DNA of 64,000 nt from an uncultured Lachnospiraceae bacterium (GTDB lineage: Bacteria; Bacillota; Clostridia; Lachnospirales; Lachnospiraceae). The number at the start of each line of letters is the position of its first letter. The first letter of the stretch is position 1. A program made the position numbers and the translations under genes. Positions 50,863 through 61,955 of this stretch are shown in pieces. A model generated the notes under the pieces. It was not told the origin of the DNA. It made no database searches and saw only the letters and a list, made by a program, of their open reading frames with translations. The stretch is from positions 278,483-342,482 of the forward strand of contig CAJTKK010000002.1 in the NCBI GenBank assembly GCA_910576535.1, written 5' to 3'.

Positions 50863-52074
50863 ATGAAAAAGTTCAACAAAATCATGAGCGTTGTTATGGC
50901 TTCTGCAGTAACAGCCGCTTTATTTGCAGGCTGTGGGAACGCAGAGACTGGAACACCGGCGGCAGATTCTTCTTCAGAAACAGAAGCAGCCAATGAAACA
51001 GCATCCGCTTCCGGAGTCCTTAAAATTGGCGGTATCGGTCCTACGACAGGAAGCGCTGCCGTATATGGTATTGCGGTACAGAATGCAGCACAGCTTGCAG
51101 TAGACGAAATCAATGCTGCTGGCGGTATCAACGGTGTTCCGATTGAGTTTAAGTTTGAAGATGATGAATGTGATGCTGAGAAATCTGTAAATGCATATAA
51201 TACATTAAAAGACTGGGGTATGCAGATGCTGATGGGGACTGTTACAAGCGGATGCAGCATTGCAGTAGCGGATAAGACGGCTGAAGATAATATGTTCCAG
51301 TTGACGCCTTCCGGTTCTGCCGTAGACTGTGTGAAATATGATAATGCGTTCCGCGTATGCTTCTCCGACCCGAATCAGGGAGCGGCTTCCGCATTGTATA
51401 TCGGAGAAAATGCAATTGCGTCCAAGATCGCAGTTATTTATGACAGCTCCGATATTTATTCATCCGGAATTTATGAGAAATTTGTGGCAGAAGCAGGAAA
51501 CCAGCCGTTTGAAATTGTTTCCGCCGAAGCTTTTACCGCAGACAACAAAACAGATTTCTCCGTACAGCTCCAGAAAGCAAAAGATGCAGGGGCTGAATTA
51601 GTATTCCTTCCGATTTACTATACAGAAGCTTCTTTGATTCTTTCACAGGCTTCCACGATGGGATATGCACCAATTTTCTTTGGGTGTGACGGTTTAGACG
51701 GCATTCTTAACGTAGAAAACTTTGATACCTCTTTAGCGGAAGGCGTTATGCTTCTTACACCTTTTGCAGCAGATGCAGAAGACGAGCTTACACAGAACTT
51801 TGTAACCGCGTATAAAGAAAAATTCGGTGATACACCGAACCAGTTCGCAGCAGATGCTTATGATGCAATCTATGCGATCAAAGCGGCCGGCGAAAAGGCT
51901 GGGATTACACCTGATATGGATATGTCCGCAATGTGTGAAGCTATGAAAGCGGCAATGCCTGAAATTACTTTAGACGGCCTTACCGGCATTGGGATGACAT
52001 GGGATGCTTCCGGTGAACCGAATAAAGCGCCAAAAGCTGTTAAAATTACAGATGGCGTTTATACAGCAATGTAA
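50863..52074 (+). CDS. livK: Branched-chain amino acid ABC transporter substrate-binding lipoprotein
   Basis: Lipobox FAGC; EINAAGGING; DFSVQL. Confidence 0.88.
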   Translation: MKKFNKIMSVVMASAVTAALFAGCGNAETGTPAADSSSETEAANETASASGVLKIGGIGPTTGSAAVYGIAVQNAAQLAVDEINAAGGINGVPIEFKFEDDECDAEKSVNAYNTLKDWGMQMLMGTVTSGCSIAVADKTAEDNMFQLTPSGSAVDCVKYDNAFRVCFSDPNQGAASALYIGENAIASKIAVIYDSSDIYSSGIYEKFVAEAGNQPFEIVSAEAFTADNKTDFSVQLQKAKDAGAELVFLPIYYTEASLILSQASTMGYAPIFFGCDGLDGILNVENFDTSLAEGVMLLTPFAADAEDELTQNFVTAYKEKFGDTPNQFAADAYDAIYAIKAAGEKAGITPDMDMSAMCEAMKAAMPEITLDGLTGIGMTWDASGEPNKAPKAVKITDGVYTAM

Positions 52075-52091
52075 TAGATGAATTGCCAGAT

Positions 52092-52143
52092 AAAGAGGGA
52101 TGTTCAAAAGCTTTACGCAAGCAAAGCTTTTGCATCCCCTTTT
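52092..52143 (+). terminator. Hairpin/terminator after livK
   Basis: GGGATG..CAAAAGCTTT/AAAGCTTTTG-CATCCC followed by a T-tract. Confidence 0.7.
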
Positions 52144-52294
52144 ATATTCTTGATTCTAAGGCGGTTTAATGATATAATCTAATTTCGTAATGTACAGTTT
52201 TAAACGAAGAAGCAGTGTGAATCCGTTCACTTTGTAAATATTGTTGCCTGCCGTATAAAAATTTGCAGGTTATGGAAAGGGCATGGTTATTCTT

Positions 52295-53179
52295 ATGAGT
52301 TTTATTTCCTATTTGATTAATGGTATCAGCCTTGGCAGCGTATATGCAATTATTGCATTAGGATATACAATGGTATATGGGATTGCCAAAATGCTGAATT
52401 TTGCCCATGGGGATGTGATTATGGTAGGCGGTTTTGCTGTATTTACCATTGTGAGTACTTTAGGGCTTCCCCCTGTTTTGGGCATTTTCATTGCAGTGGT
52501 GATATGCACAGCCCTTGGCATGGCCATAGAGCGTATAGCTTATAAACCGCTGCGTAATGCATCCTCCCCGCTGGCTGTCCTGATTACAGCAATCGGCGTA
52601 AGTTATCTGCTTCAGAATGTGGCGTTGCTTATTTTTGGGGCGAATACCAAATCATTTACTTCCGTTGTTACGTTTCAGCCTTTAAAACTGGCAGGGGGTC
52701 AGCTTATGATATCCGGGGAGACGGTGATTACCATTATTGCAGGAATAATTATTATGATTTGCCTTACGCTGTTTGTCAACAAATCAAAAGCAGGGCAGGC
52801 TATGCTGGCAGTTTCAGAAGACAAAGGCGCAGCACAGCTTATGGGCATCAATGTAAATGGCACGATAGCCCTTACTTTTGCCATTGGGTCAGCGCTTGCT
52901 GCAGTGGCGGGCGTTTTACTTTGTTCCGCTTATCCTTCTTTGACTCCCTATACAGGGGCAATGCCAGGAATCAAAGCTTTTGTGGCGGCTGTATTTGGAG
53001 GGATCGGTTCGATCCCCGGGGCAATGATTGGCGGTATCCTTTTAGGCATCATTGAAATTCTTGGAAAGGCGTATATTTCATCGCAGATGGCGGATGCCAT
53101 TGTTTTTGCGGTCCTAATTATTGTGCTTCTGGTAAAACCCACAGGCATATTAGGAAAAAATATACAGGAAAAGGTGTAA
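52295..53179 (+). CDS. livH: BCAA ABC transporter permease
   Basis: ALGYTMVYG, NFAHG, GGIGSIPGA. Confidence 0.92.
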   Translation: MSFISYLINGISLGSVYAIIALGYTMVYGIAKMLNFAHGDVIMVGGFAVFTIVSTLGLPPVLGIFIAVVICTALGMAIERIAYKPLRNASSPLAVLITAIGVSYLLQNVALLIFGANTKSFTSVVTFQPLKLAGGQLMISGETVITIIAGIIIMICLTLFVNKSKAGQAMLAVSEDKGAAQLMGINVNGTIALTFAIGSALAAVAGVLLCSAYPSLTPYTGAMPGIKAFVAAVFGGIGSIPGAMIGGILLGIIEILGKAYISSQMADAIVFAVLIIVLLVKPTGILGKNIQEKV

Positions 53180-53187
53180 AAAGTCCC

Positions 53188-54261
53188 ATGAAAAAAATAA
53201 AGATGACAAAAACAGCAAAAAATAATCTGATAACTTATTTAATGGTATTTCTTGCATATGTTGCTGTACAGATACTTTTAACAACCGGCAATATTTCCAG
53301 CTTGATGAAAGGTCTGCTCGTTCCTCTTTGCATATATGTAATGCTGGCCGTTTCACTGAATCTTACGGTGGGTATTTTGGGGGAACTTAGCCTTGGCCAT
53401 GCAGGATTTATGTGTGTAGGAGCTTTTGCCAGCGCCTTTTTTTCCAAATGTATGGACGGTATGATGCCTGACGGACTGCGGTTTTTATTTGCCCTTCTTA
53501 TAGGTGCGGCAGCGGCGGGGGTTTTCGGCATTCTGATCGGCATTCCGGTTTTGCGGCTGAAGGGGGATTATCTGGCCATTGTAACCTTAGCCTTTGGGGA
53601 GATTATTAAAAACCTCGTCAATGTGCTTTATATAGGGAAGGATAAAAACGGATTCCATTTTTCCATGAAAGATTCCATATCCTTGCATTTGGAGGAAGAC
53701 GGCCAAGTTATTGTAAACGGCGCACAGGGCATTACAGGAACTCCTCATGACGCTACTTTTACAATTGGGATCATCCTGGTTTTTATTTCTCTTCTTGTTA
53801 TTTTAAACCTGATTAATTCCAGAGACGGACGGGCAATTATGTCTATACGGGACAACCGCATTGCAGCGGAATCTATTGGGATTAATATCACCAAGTATAA
53901 GTTGATGGCGTTTTCCATATCGGCAGCCATTGCAGGGGCAGCCGGAACGCTTTATGCCCATAATTTATCTACTTTGACGGCTTTGCCGAAGAACTTTGGT
54001 TATAATATGTCCATTATGATTCTGGTATTCGTAGTCCTTGGCGGTATCGGGAATATTAGAGGTTCTATCATTGCCGCTATTGTCCTGACTTTGCTGCCGG
54101 AACTGTTAAGAGGGCTGAGCGATTACCGTATGCTGATTTATGCTGTTGTATTAATTGCCATGATGCTTTTTAACTGGAGTCCGAAGGCAGTTGAATGGAA
54201 AGAAACACTAAAGGAAAAATATTTCCCCAAACGCTTAAGCGAAGAAAAGGAGGTTAAATAA
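53188..54261 (+). CDS. livM: BCAA ABC transporter permease
   Basis: GELSLGHAGF, LRLKGDYLAIVTLAFGE. Confidence 0.92.
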   Translation: MKKIKMTKTAKNNLITYLMVFLAYVAVQILLTTGNISSLMKGLLVPLCIYVMLAVSLNLTVGILGELSLGHAGFMCVGAFASAFFSKCMDGMMPDGLRFLFALLIGAAAAGVFGILIGIPVLRLKGDYLAIVTLAFGEIIKNLVNVLYIGKDKNGFHFSMKDSISLHLEEDGQVIVNGAQGITGTPHDATFTIGIILVFISLLVILNLINSRDGRAIMSIRDNRIAAESIGINITKYKLMAFSISAAIAGAAGTLYAHNLSTLTALPKNFGYNMSIMILVFVVLGGIGNIRGSIIAAIVLTLLPELLRGLSDYRMLIYAVVLIAMMLFNWSPKAVEWKETLKEKYFPKRLSEEKEVK

Positions 54262-54262
54262 T

Positions 54263-55021
54263 ATGTCTTTACTGGAAGTAAAAAATTTAACCATTTCCTT
54301 TGGCGGGCTTAGGGCTGTCGATGATTTTCATGTAGAAATCCAAAAAGGGCAGCTATATGGTTTAATAGGGCCAAACGGAGCCGGAAAAACGACTTTTTTT
54401 AATCTGCTGACCGGCGTATATAAGCCGGATGAAGGGATTATTAAATTGGAAGAGCGGGATATTACCGGCTTAAAAACAATTGATATTAATAAAGCAGGGA
54501 TTGCCCGGACTTTTCAGAATATCCGTTTATTTAAAGAACTTACCGTATTGGATAATGTAAAGGTAGGGCTTCATAACCATTATCATTATTCAACGCTGGA
54601 AGGGATCTTCCGCCTTCCGAAATACCATAGGGTGGAAAAGGAAATGGATGAGAGGGCCATGGAGCTTTTGAAAGTATTTGAATTGGATAAGGAAGCAGAT
54701 TATCTGGCATCCAATTTGCCTTACGGAAAGCAGCGTAAGCTTGAAATTGCCCGTGCTTTGGCAACGCAGCCCAAGCTTCTTCTGCTTGATGAACCGGCTG
54801 CCGGGATGAACCCGAATGAAACAGGTGAATTAATGGACACCATCCGTTTTGTCAGGGATAAGTTTGATATGACCATATTGCTGATTGAACATGATATGAA
54901 ACTTGTTTCCGGTATTTGTGAGGAACTGACCGTGCTAAATTTCGGACGCATTTTAACACAGGGAAAAACAGGCGTTGTCTTAAACGATCCGCAGGTAATC
55001 ACTGCATATTTAGGAGAATAG
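54263..55021 (+). CDS. livG: BCAA ABC transporter ATPase
   Basis: GPNGAGKT, ARTFQN, LLDEPAAG, IEHDM. Confidence 0.93.
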   Translation: MSLLEVKNLTISFGGLRAVDDFHVEIQKGQLYGLIGPNGAGKTTFFNLLTGVYKPDEGIIKLEERDITGLKTIDINKAGIARTFQNIRLFKELTVLDNVKVGLHNHYHYSTLEGIFRLPKYHRVEKEMDERAMELLKVFELDKEADYLASNLPYGKQRKLEIARALATQPKLLLLDEPAAGMNPNETGELMDTIRFVRDKFDMTILLIEHDMKLVSGICEELTVLNFGRILTQGKTGVVLNDPQVITAYLGE

Positions 55022-55035
55022 GGGGGAAATAAGAA

Positions 55036-55749
55036 ATGGCTATGCTCGAAATCAGGGACCTGGAAGTATACTATGGTATGATTCAGGCAATTAAAGGTAT
55101 TTCCTTCGATGTTAAGGAAGGTGAGGTAATCGCCCTTATTGGGGCAAACGGAGCCGGAAAAACAACAACGCTTCATACAATTACCGGTTTGCTTCCTGCA
55201 AAAACCGGGACTATCACATTTGAGGGACAGGATATTACAAAAATCCCTGGATATAAGATCGTTTCCAAGGGGATGGCTCATGTCCCGGAAGGCAGAAGAG
55301 TATTTGCCCAGCTTTCTGTGCTTCAGAATCTCCGTATGGGGGCATATACAAGAAAAGATAAAAACGAAATAGAAGAAACGCTGAAAACAGTTTATAAAAG
55401 ATTCCCCCGTCTGGAAGAACGGCAGAACCAAATGGCTGGAACATTAAGCGGCGGTGAACAGCAGATGCTGGCTATGGGGCGGGCATTGATGTCTCATCCG
55501 AAAATTATTCTTATGGATGAACCGTCCATGGGACTTTCACCAATTTTTGTGAATGAGATTTTTGATATTATTAAAAGTGTCAGCGCCAGTGGCACTACCG
55601 TTCTTCTTGTAGAACAAAATGCAAAAAAAGCTCTTTCCATTGCGGATAGGGCATATGTCCTTGAGACAGGCAGGATTGTTCTGGAAGGGAATGCAAAAGA
55701 ACTTCTAAACGATGATTCCATTAAAAAAGCTTATCTTGGCGAAGCTTAA
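55036..55749 (+). CDS. livF: BCAA ABC transporter ATPase
   Basis: GANGAGKT, VPEGRR, LSGGEQQM, VEQNA. Confidence 0.93.
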   Translation: MAMLEIRDLEVYYGMIQAIKGISFDVKEGEVIALIGANGAGKTTTLHTITGLLPAKTGTITFEGQDITKIPGYKIVSKGMAHVPEGRRVFAQLSVLQNLRMGAYTRKDKNEIEETLKTVYKRFPRLEERQNQMAGTLSGGEQQMLAMGRALMSHPKIILMDEPSMGLSPIFVNEIFDIIKSVSASGTTVLLVEQNAKKALSIADRAYVLETGRIVLEGNAKELLNDDSIKKAYLGEA

Positions 55750-55811
55750 AAAAATAAACTTTGTCAGGATAAAAGCAACTGCCATTCTAACAATAACAGG
55801 AGGTATAAAGT

Positions 55812-56435
55812 ATGGAGCAGAAAGTAGTCATTACCATTGCAAGACAATATGGCAGCGGCGGCCGTACCATCGGTGAAATGCTGGCAGATGATATGGGGAT
55901 CCATTACTATGATAAAGAATTGATAAAGCTTGCTTCGGAAGACAGCGGCATTAATGAAAGGCTGTTTGTTAATGCGGATGAAAAAATAAAAATGACAAAT
56001 CTTTTTAAAGTAGTGAAGAAAGTATATACGGGGCAGTTAATCCCTCCGGAAAGCGATCACTTTGTTTCCGACAATAACCTTTTTAACTATCAGGCGAAGG
56101 TGATCAAAGAACTGGCAGAAGAGGAATCCTGTGTTATTATCGGACGCTGTGCAGATTATGTTTTAAAGGATTATGATAATGTATTAAGCGTATTTATCCA
56201 TGCCCCCAAAGATTATTGTATGGAACAGGCAGCCAAAAAAGTCAGCCTGCCCGTAAAAGATCTGGAAAAGTATATTGCAAAAACAGATAAACGCAGAGCA
56301 GAATATTATAAGTTCTATACAGGAAGGGAATGGACAGATGCCAGAAATTATGACTTGTGCCTGGACAGTTCCAAACTTGGGTTTGAACGTTGCGTAGAAG
56401 AAATTAAGGCATATATAAAAGTAAGATTTCACTAA
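55812..56435 (+). CDS. Cytidylate kinase-like family protein
   Basis: ITIARQYGSGG, VIIGRCAD, YDLCLDS. Confidence 0.9.
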   Translation: MEQKVVITIARQYGSGGRTIGEMLADDMGIHYYDKELIKLASEDSGINERLFVNADEKIKMTNLFKVVKKVYTGQLIPPESDHFVSDNNLFNYQAKVIKELAEEESCVIIGRCADYVLKDYDNVLSVFIHAPKDYCMEQAAKKVSLPVKDLEKYIAKTDKRRAEYYKFYTGREWTDARNYDLCLDSSKLGFERCVEEIKAYIKVRFH

Positions 56436-56517
56436 AAATGAAAACAGATGCCAGCTATCATCTACCCCAAAACTGAGAAAATAGATCAAAACTTGGATGA
56501 ATAGATGAATCGTAAAC

Positions 56518-56554
56518 AATGCCCTGGACGGTATGATTCCCTCCAGGGTATTTT
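56518..56554. terminator. Terminator-like hairpin between convergent genes
   Basis: AATGCCCTGGA...TCCAGGGTATT. Confidence 0.6.
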
Positions 56555-56601
56555 ATTGTTTTACGATCGCTGACGAAAAACCTCTGCAAAAGACATATCC
56601 T

Positions 56602-57219
56602 TTATTGGCATAAACGGAAAATACCAAATACTTTGCCTAATATTTGGCAGTCATCCACAATAATTGGTTCCATTGTATCATTTTCCGGCTGCAAACGGAT
56701 ATGACCGTCTTCCTTATAAAAAGTCTTGACAGTGGCCGAATCCTCCACTAAAGCTACAACAATATCCCCGTTAGAAGCCGTAGTGCAGCTATTGACAAAA
56801 ATCTGGTCACCATTATAAATCCCTACATTGATCATAGAATCGCCTTTTACCTTTAAGGCAAAGGATTCCCCGGAAGGAACAAATTCTGCCGGTATGGGGA
56901 AGTAATTTTCAATATTTTCTTCTGCTAAAATAGGCTGTCCTGCGGCAACCCGCCCAATAACAGGCAAACTGACCATCTCTGTCCTTACGGCCTGAAAACT
57001 GTCGTCACATATTTCTATGGCACGGGGTTTGGTTGGGTCACGCCGGATATAACCGTTTTTCTCTAAAGTTTCCAGATGTGAATGGACAGAAGAAGTAGAT
57101 TTTAAGTGAACGGCTTCGCATATTTCCCGGACAGCCGGAGGATAACCCTTTGTTAAGATAGAATTCTTAATAAATTCTAATATTTCGCTTTGCTTCTTGG
57201 AAATCTTCCCATATCCCAT
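56602..57219 (-). CDS. lexA: SOS repressor LexA
   Basis: [13 protein letters not shown] cleavage site, GDSM, ATVK. Confidence 0.97.
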   Translation of the reverse strand: MGYGKISKKQSEILEFIKNSILTKGYPPAVREICEAVHLKSTSSVHSHLETLEKNGYIRRDPTKPRAIEICDDSFQAVRTEMVSLPVIGRVAAGQPILAEENIENYFPIPAEFVPSGESFALKVKGDSMINVGIYNGDQIFVNSCTTASNGDIVVALVEDSATVKTFYKEDGHIRLQPENDTMEPIIVDDCQILGKVFGIFRLCQ

Positions 57220-57323
57220 ATTACGATCCCTCCATAATTCATTCTATCATCCCGCAGATAACGGGATAGAGCTATATCAAGTCAATATTTTCTTTAAGCA
57301 TATCATATAATTTCAAAAAAAGC

Positions 57324-57433
57324 AAACACATATTCCAAATATTTGTTCGATTTTTTAACTTTTAACACTTGACATGAGAATATATGTTCTGTATAATTTA
57401 AAAACAAGGAACATATGTTCAAAACATCTGTTC
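57324..57433. promoter_or_regulatory. Cluster of five LexA (GAAC-N4-GTTC) boxes around a sigma-A promoter
   Basis: Boxes at 57324, 57337, 57378, 57409 (perfect GAACATATGTTC) and 57422; TTGACA(57369)-N17-TATAAT(57392). Confidence 0.85.
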
Positions 57434-57586
57434 TCGATAAACTATCCCAATGCTGATTACACAGTAAAGAAAGATTCTGAAATACACATGTATTCTCCAT
57501 GCTTGTTTCACATATTTTTGCAAATTTTTGCAAATAAAAACAATAAACTGAAGCAAAGAGAAAGGAAGAAACAAAGAGAAAGGAAG

Positions 57587-57955
57587 ATGATGATGAATAA
57601 GAGCGAAAGAAGAATATGGAAGAATAAAATACGCCGGCAGGAAGAGCGGAAGCGGCATTTTTACCTATTTCTTTTTACTTTTTGCCTTGTTATCGGATTA
57701 TCTATGACTGCCGGAGTGTTTTTATCCCATGCAAAAATGAAAAATGAAAAAGAAACTTTTAAACATTATAAAAGCGTTGCTATTGAAAAAGGCGATACCT
57801 TGTGGTCTATTGCCTTACAAAATACAGACGCTGATAATGATCATATGAACGCTTATATTAAAGAAGTGAAAAGAATGAACGGATTGCGGGATGATACGAT
57901 CACAGCAGGCATGTACCTTGTGATCCCATATCATCCGGAGGAACTCCAAAACTAA
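57587..57955 (+). CDS. yneA: YneA-like SOS division inhibitor (TM plus LysM)
   Basis: TM; GDTLWSIA...N.L..DTI.AG LysM; divergent from lexA behind SOS boxes. Confidence 0.8.
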   Translation: MMMNKSERRIWKNKIRRQEERKRHFYLFLFTFCLVIGLSMTAGVFLSHAKMKNEKETFKHYKSVAIEKGDTLWSIALQNTDADNDHMNAYIKEVKRMNGLRDDTITAGMYLVIPYHPEELQN

Positions 57956-58089
57956 AGAATTTTACCGAAACATTTCTTTTTCTTTTCCCTGGGAAGATGA
58001 TAGGCATAAACGGTTTAAGGGAATGCTTGGTGAATCTCTTCGCAATGGAGGGAAATGGAATTTTTCATAAGAATCGGTTTTATACAGCC

Positions 58090-59142
58090 TTAAGGTTCCC
58101 TTAATTTTACTGCATTTGCCGCCTTACGTTTTCTTTCATCTTCCAAGGCGGCATAATGTTTTCTCGTAGTATTGACATCCTTATGTCCAAGAACATCGGC
58201 TACAAGATAAATATCGCCTGTTTCCCGGTACAAAGAGGTTCCGTATGTGCTTCTAAGCTTATGAGGCGTTATTTTTTTCAAAGTTGTCACATGGGATGCG
58301 TATTTTTTGACTAAATTTTCCACGGCCCGTACAGTAATCCGGCGGTTTTGAATGGATAAAAACAGCGCATGTTCATGTCCGGACAAAGGGATGATATGCC
58401 GGCGCTGTTCTAAATACTCCGATAATGCCCGTTCTACTTCTGTGCCAAAATAAACAACGGTTTCATAACCGCCTTTCCGGCGGATCTTAATGCCATTGTT
58501 TTTAAAATCAATATCTTCGATATCCAGGCCTACGCATTCGGATACACGGATTCCGGTTCCTAAAAGGAGCGTAAGCAGGGCAACGTCCCTTGTCTTCGTC
58601 TTGCCATGATACTTTTTCTGCCCTTTGGTAAGTTTTGCCCCGTCTTCCGCTTGATCCAATAGGATAGCCACTTCGTCGGCATCCAGGCGTATAATTTCTT
58701 TTTCATGGAGCTTTGGCATTGGAATCAGTACGGCAGGGTTTTTTTCTATCAGCTCCATTTGATAAAAATAATTGTAAAAGCTGCGCAAAGATGCCAGCTT
58801 CCTTGATTTCCCCCTTTCTTCGTTAGTAATTTCACGGTTATCCTTCTGATAGTAGGAGATATATTCCATATATTCCTCAATATCTTCTCTTGTGATATTT
58901 TCTAAGATGGACAAAGGAAAATCTTTTATCTCCATTTTGCTGCAATAGCTGTTATTTTTATGCATATATTCAAAAAACACCCGGAGATCATAGGCATAGG
59001 CCAAACGCGTCCTGGAAGAAGTATTATTTTCTATTCCACGGAAAAATTGTTTGCTAAAGGAGGGAAGTTCGGAAAGGACATTCCTCATTTTTACGATATT
59101 CAGTTTGTTTTGTTCTTCATGATAATTTTTTTTGTCATCCAT
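58090..59142 (-). CDS. Xer-family tyrosine recombinase (350 aa)
   Basis: GIRVSE, HKLR, LGH, TRKHY catalytic motifs; RKLASLRSFY; no mobile-element context. Confidence 0.9.
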   Translation of the reverse strand: MDDKKNYHEEQNKLNIVKMRNVLSELPSFSKQFFRGIENNTSSRTRLAYAYDLRVFFEYMHKNNSYCSKMEIKDFPLSILENITREDIEEYMEYISYYQKDNREITNEERGKSRKLASLRSFYNYFYQMELIEKNPAVLIPMPKLHEKEIIRLDADEVAILLDQAEDGAKLTKGQKKYHGKTKTRDVALLTLLLGTGIRVSECVGLDIEDIDFKNNGIKIRRKGGYETVVYFGTEVERALSEYLEQRRHIIPLSGHEHALFLSIQNRRITVRAVENLVKKYASHVTTLKKITPHKLRSTYGTSLYRETGDIYLVADVLGHKDVNTTRKHYAALEDERKRKAANAVKLREP

Positions 59143-59861
59143 TAATTATTTGTCCATCCTTTCAAACTGCTGTTAAGGATCGCCGTAAACATTCTTTCTT
59201 TTACGCCTGGGTTTTCCCGGTTCAGTGTTTTTAACAAATTTTTAATATATTCCCGCTTCGTATTGCCATCTGCAGGGCAGGGGCTTTTCACTACCGGGAC
59301 TTGATTCTTATTTACAAACCCTATGACATCGGCTTCATTCATGTAAAGCAAAGGCCTTATGACCGTTAAGCCCGTCCGGTCCAGATAAGTCACTGGTAAA
59401 AAAGTATGAAATCTGCCTTCAAAAATCAGGGACATTAACATTGTTTCCACTACATCATCTTTATGATGTGCATAAGCGACTTTATTGCAGCCAAGCTTTT
59501 TTACCGCATCATTTAAAGCGCCTTTTCTCATTTTTGCACATAAAGAGCAGGGATTGGTTTCCTTTCTGTCTTCAAATATAATTTTGGCAATATCCGTGTG
59601 TATCACATGATATTCTACGTGAAGGCTTTGGCAAAGCCTCCTGATTTCCTCCAAATTCAGGTTTTGAAAGCCTAAATCTACGGTTACGGCATGGATGCTA
59701 AAATGTTTCGGGTAAAAACGCTGCAAGCCATGGAGGGCATATAACAGAGTAAGGCTATCTTTTCCGCCGGAAATGCCTACTGCAATGTTATCTTTTTCTT
59801 CAATCATATGATAATCGTCAATCGCTTTTCGCACATAACTAAATACCTGCTGTAATTTCAT
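59142..59861 (-). CDS. ttcA: tRNA 2-thiocytidine biosynthesis protein TtcA
   Basis: SGGKDS PP-loop, CSLC, HHKDD, IRPL, CP; its TAA overlaps the xer ATG. Confidence 0.85.
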   Translation of the reverse strand: MKLQQVFSYVRKAIDDYHMIEEKDNIAVGISGGKDSLTLLYALHGLQRFYPKHFSIHAVTVDLGFQNLNLEEIRRLCQSLHVEYHVIHTDIAKIIFEDRKETNPCSLCAKMRKGALNDAVKKLGCNKVAYAHHKDDVVETMLMSLIFEGRFHTFLPVTYLDRTGLTVIRPLLYMNEADVIGFVNKNQVPVVKSPCPADGNTKREYIKNLLKTLNRENPGVKERMFTAILNSSLKGWTNN

Positions 59862-60018
59862 TCTTCCTCACCATCCGCCCTTTGGCTCTTTTCCTGATTA
59901 TAAGGTCATTATATCATTCTTATCAAAAAATTTATACCATAATCATACATTTCTAAACAGGAATATGATATAATGAACTTTAATTAGAAAATAGAAATTA
60001 AAGGATGGGCAGTTATTT

Positions 60019-61440
60019 ATGAAATTCCGTATTGACAAGAAATATATCCACTGGGGCTTTACCGCGTTTGCTGTTATTGCGGCTAGTATTCTGTTTTATT
60101 ATTTATTATTCCATAGGGAAAATCTTTCTAATGGGTTTCATGCATTTCTTGCAGTTGCCATGCCTATTTTGGATGGGCTGATCTTGGCTTATCTGCTTAC
60201 CCCGATTTTAAATGGGGTTGAAAAAAGATGTTTAATTCCCCTTTGCATGAAATGCAATATCGGGGTGAATAAGCGCAGCAGAAAAAAAATCCGTGCATTA
60301 TCCATCCTTTTAACCGTGCTTATCGTAAGTTTTATTATCTATAGCTTTTTTTCCATGGTAATTCCCCAGCTAGTGAAAAGTATCCAGAGCATTATCCTGC
60401 AATTCCCGATTTATGTAAATAATCTGACGATCTGGGTGAAAAAACTGCTGGCGGATAATCCGGATATTGAAACAGCCGTCGTGGAAGTCATGGATACTTA
60501 TTCCGTGGAATTAAATAATTTCCTTAATTTGAGTCTTCTTCCTAAAATGAATGAAGTGATCAAGGATGTATCGTTAAGTTTTCTTAGTTTTTTAATGCGG
60601 TTATGGAATCTGATTATCGGTTTTATTATTTCTATTTATATATTGGGAAGCAAAGAACTGTTTGCCGGACAGGCAAAGAAAATAGTATATGCGTTGTTTG
60701 AAACCAATACTGCCAACGCCATTATTTCCGATGTACGTTTTACCCATAGAACTTTCAGCGGATTTATGGTTGGGAAGATAATTGATTCTATTATCATTGG
60801 TATTATCTGCTTTTTGGGAACAAGCATGATGGGAACGCCTTATGCAATTTTAATTAGCGTCATCGTAGGCATAACAAATATTATTCCTTTTTTTGGGCCA
60901 TATCTCGGTGCAATTCCCAGTGCGTTTCTTATACTAATGGTAAATCCTTTGCAATGCTTATACTTTATCATTTTTATTTTAGTTTTACAGCAATTTGACG
61001 GGAATGTGCTTGGCCCCAAAATTTTAGGGGATTCCACCGGTTTATCCGGGTTTTGGGTTATTTTTTCTATTACTCTATTTGGCGGAATATTCGGAGTTTT
61101 AGGTATGATTGTCGGCGTTCCTGTTTTTGCAATTTTTTATGCGGGTGTCAGAGCCTTTATTAATCAGCTTCTTCTTAGAAAAAAACTTCCCGCCGATACT
61201 GGAAATTACTTAAATGTAGGATCGATTGAAAACGGGGAATTTATTCCTTATCATGTGGAAGAGCAATCGGAATTATCGGCCAGCTCACTGGCTCATGAAG
61301 GAAAGCCAAAACAAAAGAGCATGATTCATCATTTTTTCCGGGGCGAAAAAACAGAACGGAATGAAAGCAATGCGGACAATAAGACAACTGCCTTCCATGG
61401 GGATATAAAAGAACAAAGAGAAAAAGAGGAGACACAGTAA
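60019..61440 (+). CDS. AI-2E family transporter
   Basis: [30 protein letters not shown]. Confidence 0.92.
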   Translation: MKFRIDKKYIHWGFTAFAVIAASILFYYLLFHRENLSNGFHAFLAVAMPILDGLILAYLLTPILNGVEKRCLIPLCMKCNIGVNKRSRKKIRALSILLTVLIVSFIIYSFFSMVIPQLVKSIQSIILQFPIYVNNLTIWVKKLLADNPDIETAVVEVMDTYSVELNNFLNLSLLPKMNEVIKDVSLSFLSFLMRLWNLIIGFIISIYILGSKELFAGQAKKIVYALFETNTANAIISDVRFTHRTFSGFMVGKIIDSIIIGIICFLGTSMMGTPYAILISVIVGITNIIPFFGPYLGAIPSAFLILMVNPLQCLYFIIFILVLQQFDGNVLGPKILGDSTGLSGFWVIFSITLFGGIFGVLGMIVGVPVFAIFYAGVRAFINQLLLRKKLPADTGNYLNVGSIENGEFIPYHVEEQSELSASSLAHEGKPKQKSMIHHFFRGEKTERNESNADNKTTAFHGDIKEQREKEETQ

Positions 61441-61441
61441 A

Positions 61442-61891
61442 ATGCGTTTTGTCATACAGAGAGTCATGGGTGCGGAAGTAAAAACGGATCAGAAAGTGAT
61501 TGGAAAAATCGGAAAAGGATTACTGGTATTTGTCGGAATCTGTGAAACAGATACAAAAGAAATTGCTGATAAAATGCTGAAAAAGCTAATTGGATTACGT
61601 ATTTTTGAGGATGAGAACGGTAAAACCAATCTTGATTTAAAAACAGTAAATGGCAATTTGTTAGTAATTTCACAATTTACATTATATGCTGACTGCAAAA
61701 AAGGAAACCGTCCTTCTTTTGTCCGTGCGGGGTCCCCGGAAATGGCAAATACTTTATACCGTTATATAATAGAAAAAGGGAAAGAGGCATTGCCCGGAAT
61801 ACAACAAGGGGAGTTTGGGGCTGATATGAAAATATCCCTCATAAATGATGGGCCATTTACTGTTTTACTGGATTCGGATGAAATATGCTAA
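61442..61891 (+). CDS. dtd: D-aminoacyl-tRNA deacylase
   Basis: VIQRV, SQFTL, GNRPSF, NDGPFT. Confidence 0.97.
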   Translation: MRFVIQRVMGAEVKTDQKVIGKIGKGLLVFVGICETDTKEIADKMLKKLIGLRIFEDENGKTNLDLKTVNGNLLVISQFTLYADCKKGNRPSFVRAGSPEMANTLYRYIIEKGKEALPGIQQGEFGADMKISLINDGPFTVLLDSDEIC

Positions 61892-61955
61892 CTTCAGGAA
61901 AGGAACACTGAGGATAGTTTTAATATGATTTTGATATGAAAAAGAGGAGAATGAA

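Noticed and set aside
58090..59142. Prophage/ICE integrase
   Set aside because: No cargo, att repeats or tRNA; flanked by core genes.
59902..59980. 15/16 inverted repeat AAGGTCATTATATCAT/ATGATATAATGAACTT
   Set aside because: Explained by back-to-back extended -10 (TGATATAAT) promoters of ttcA and the AI-2E gene.
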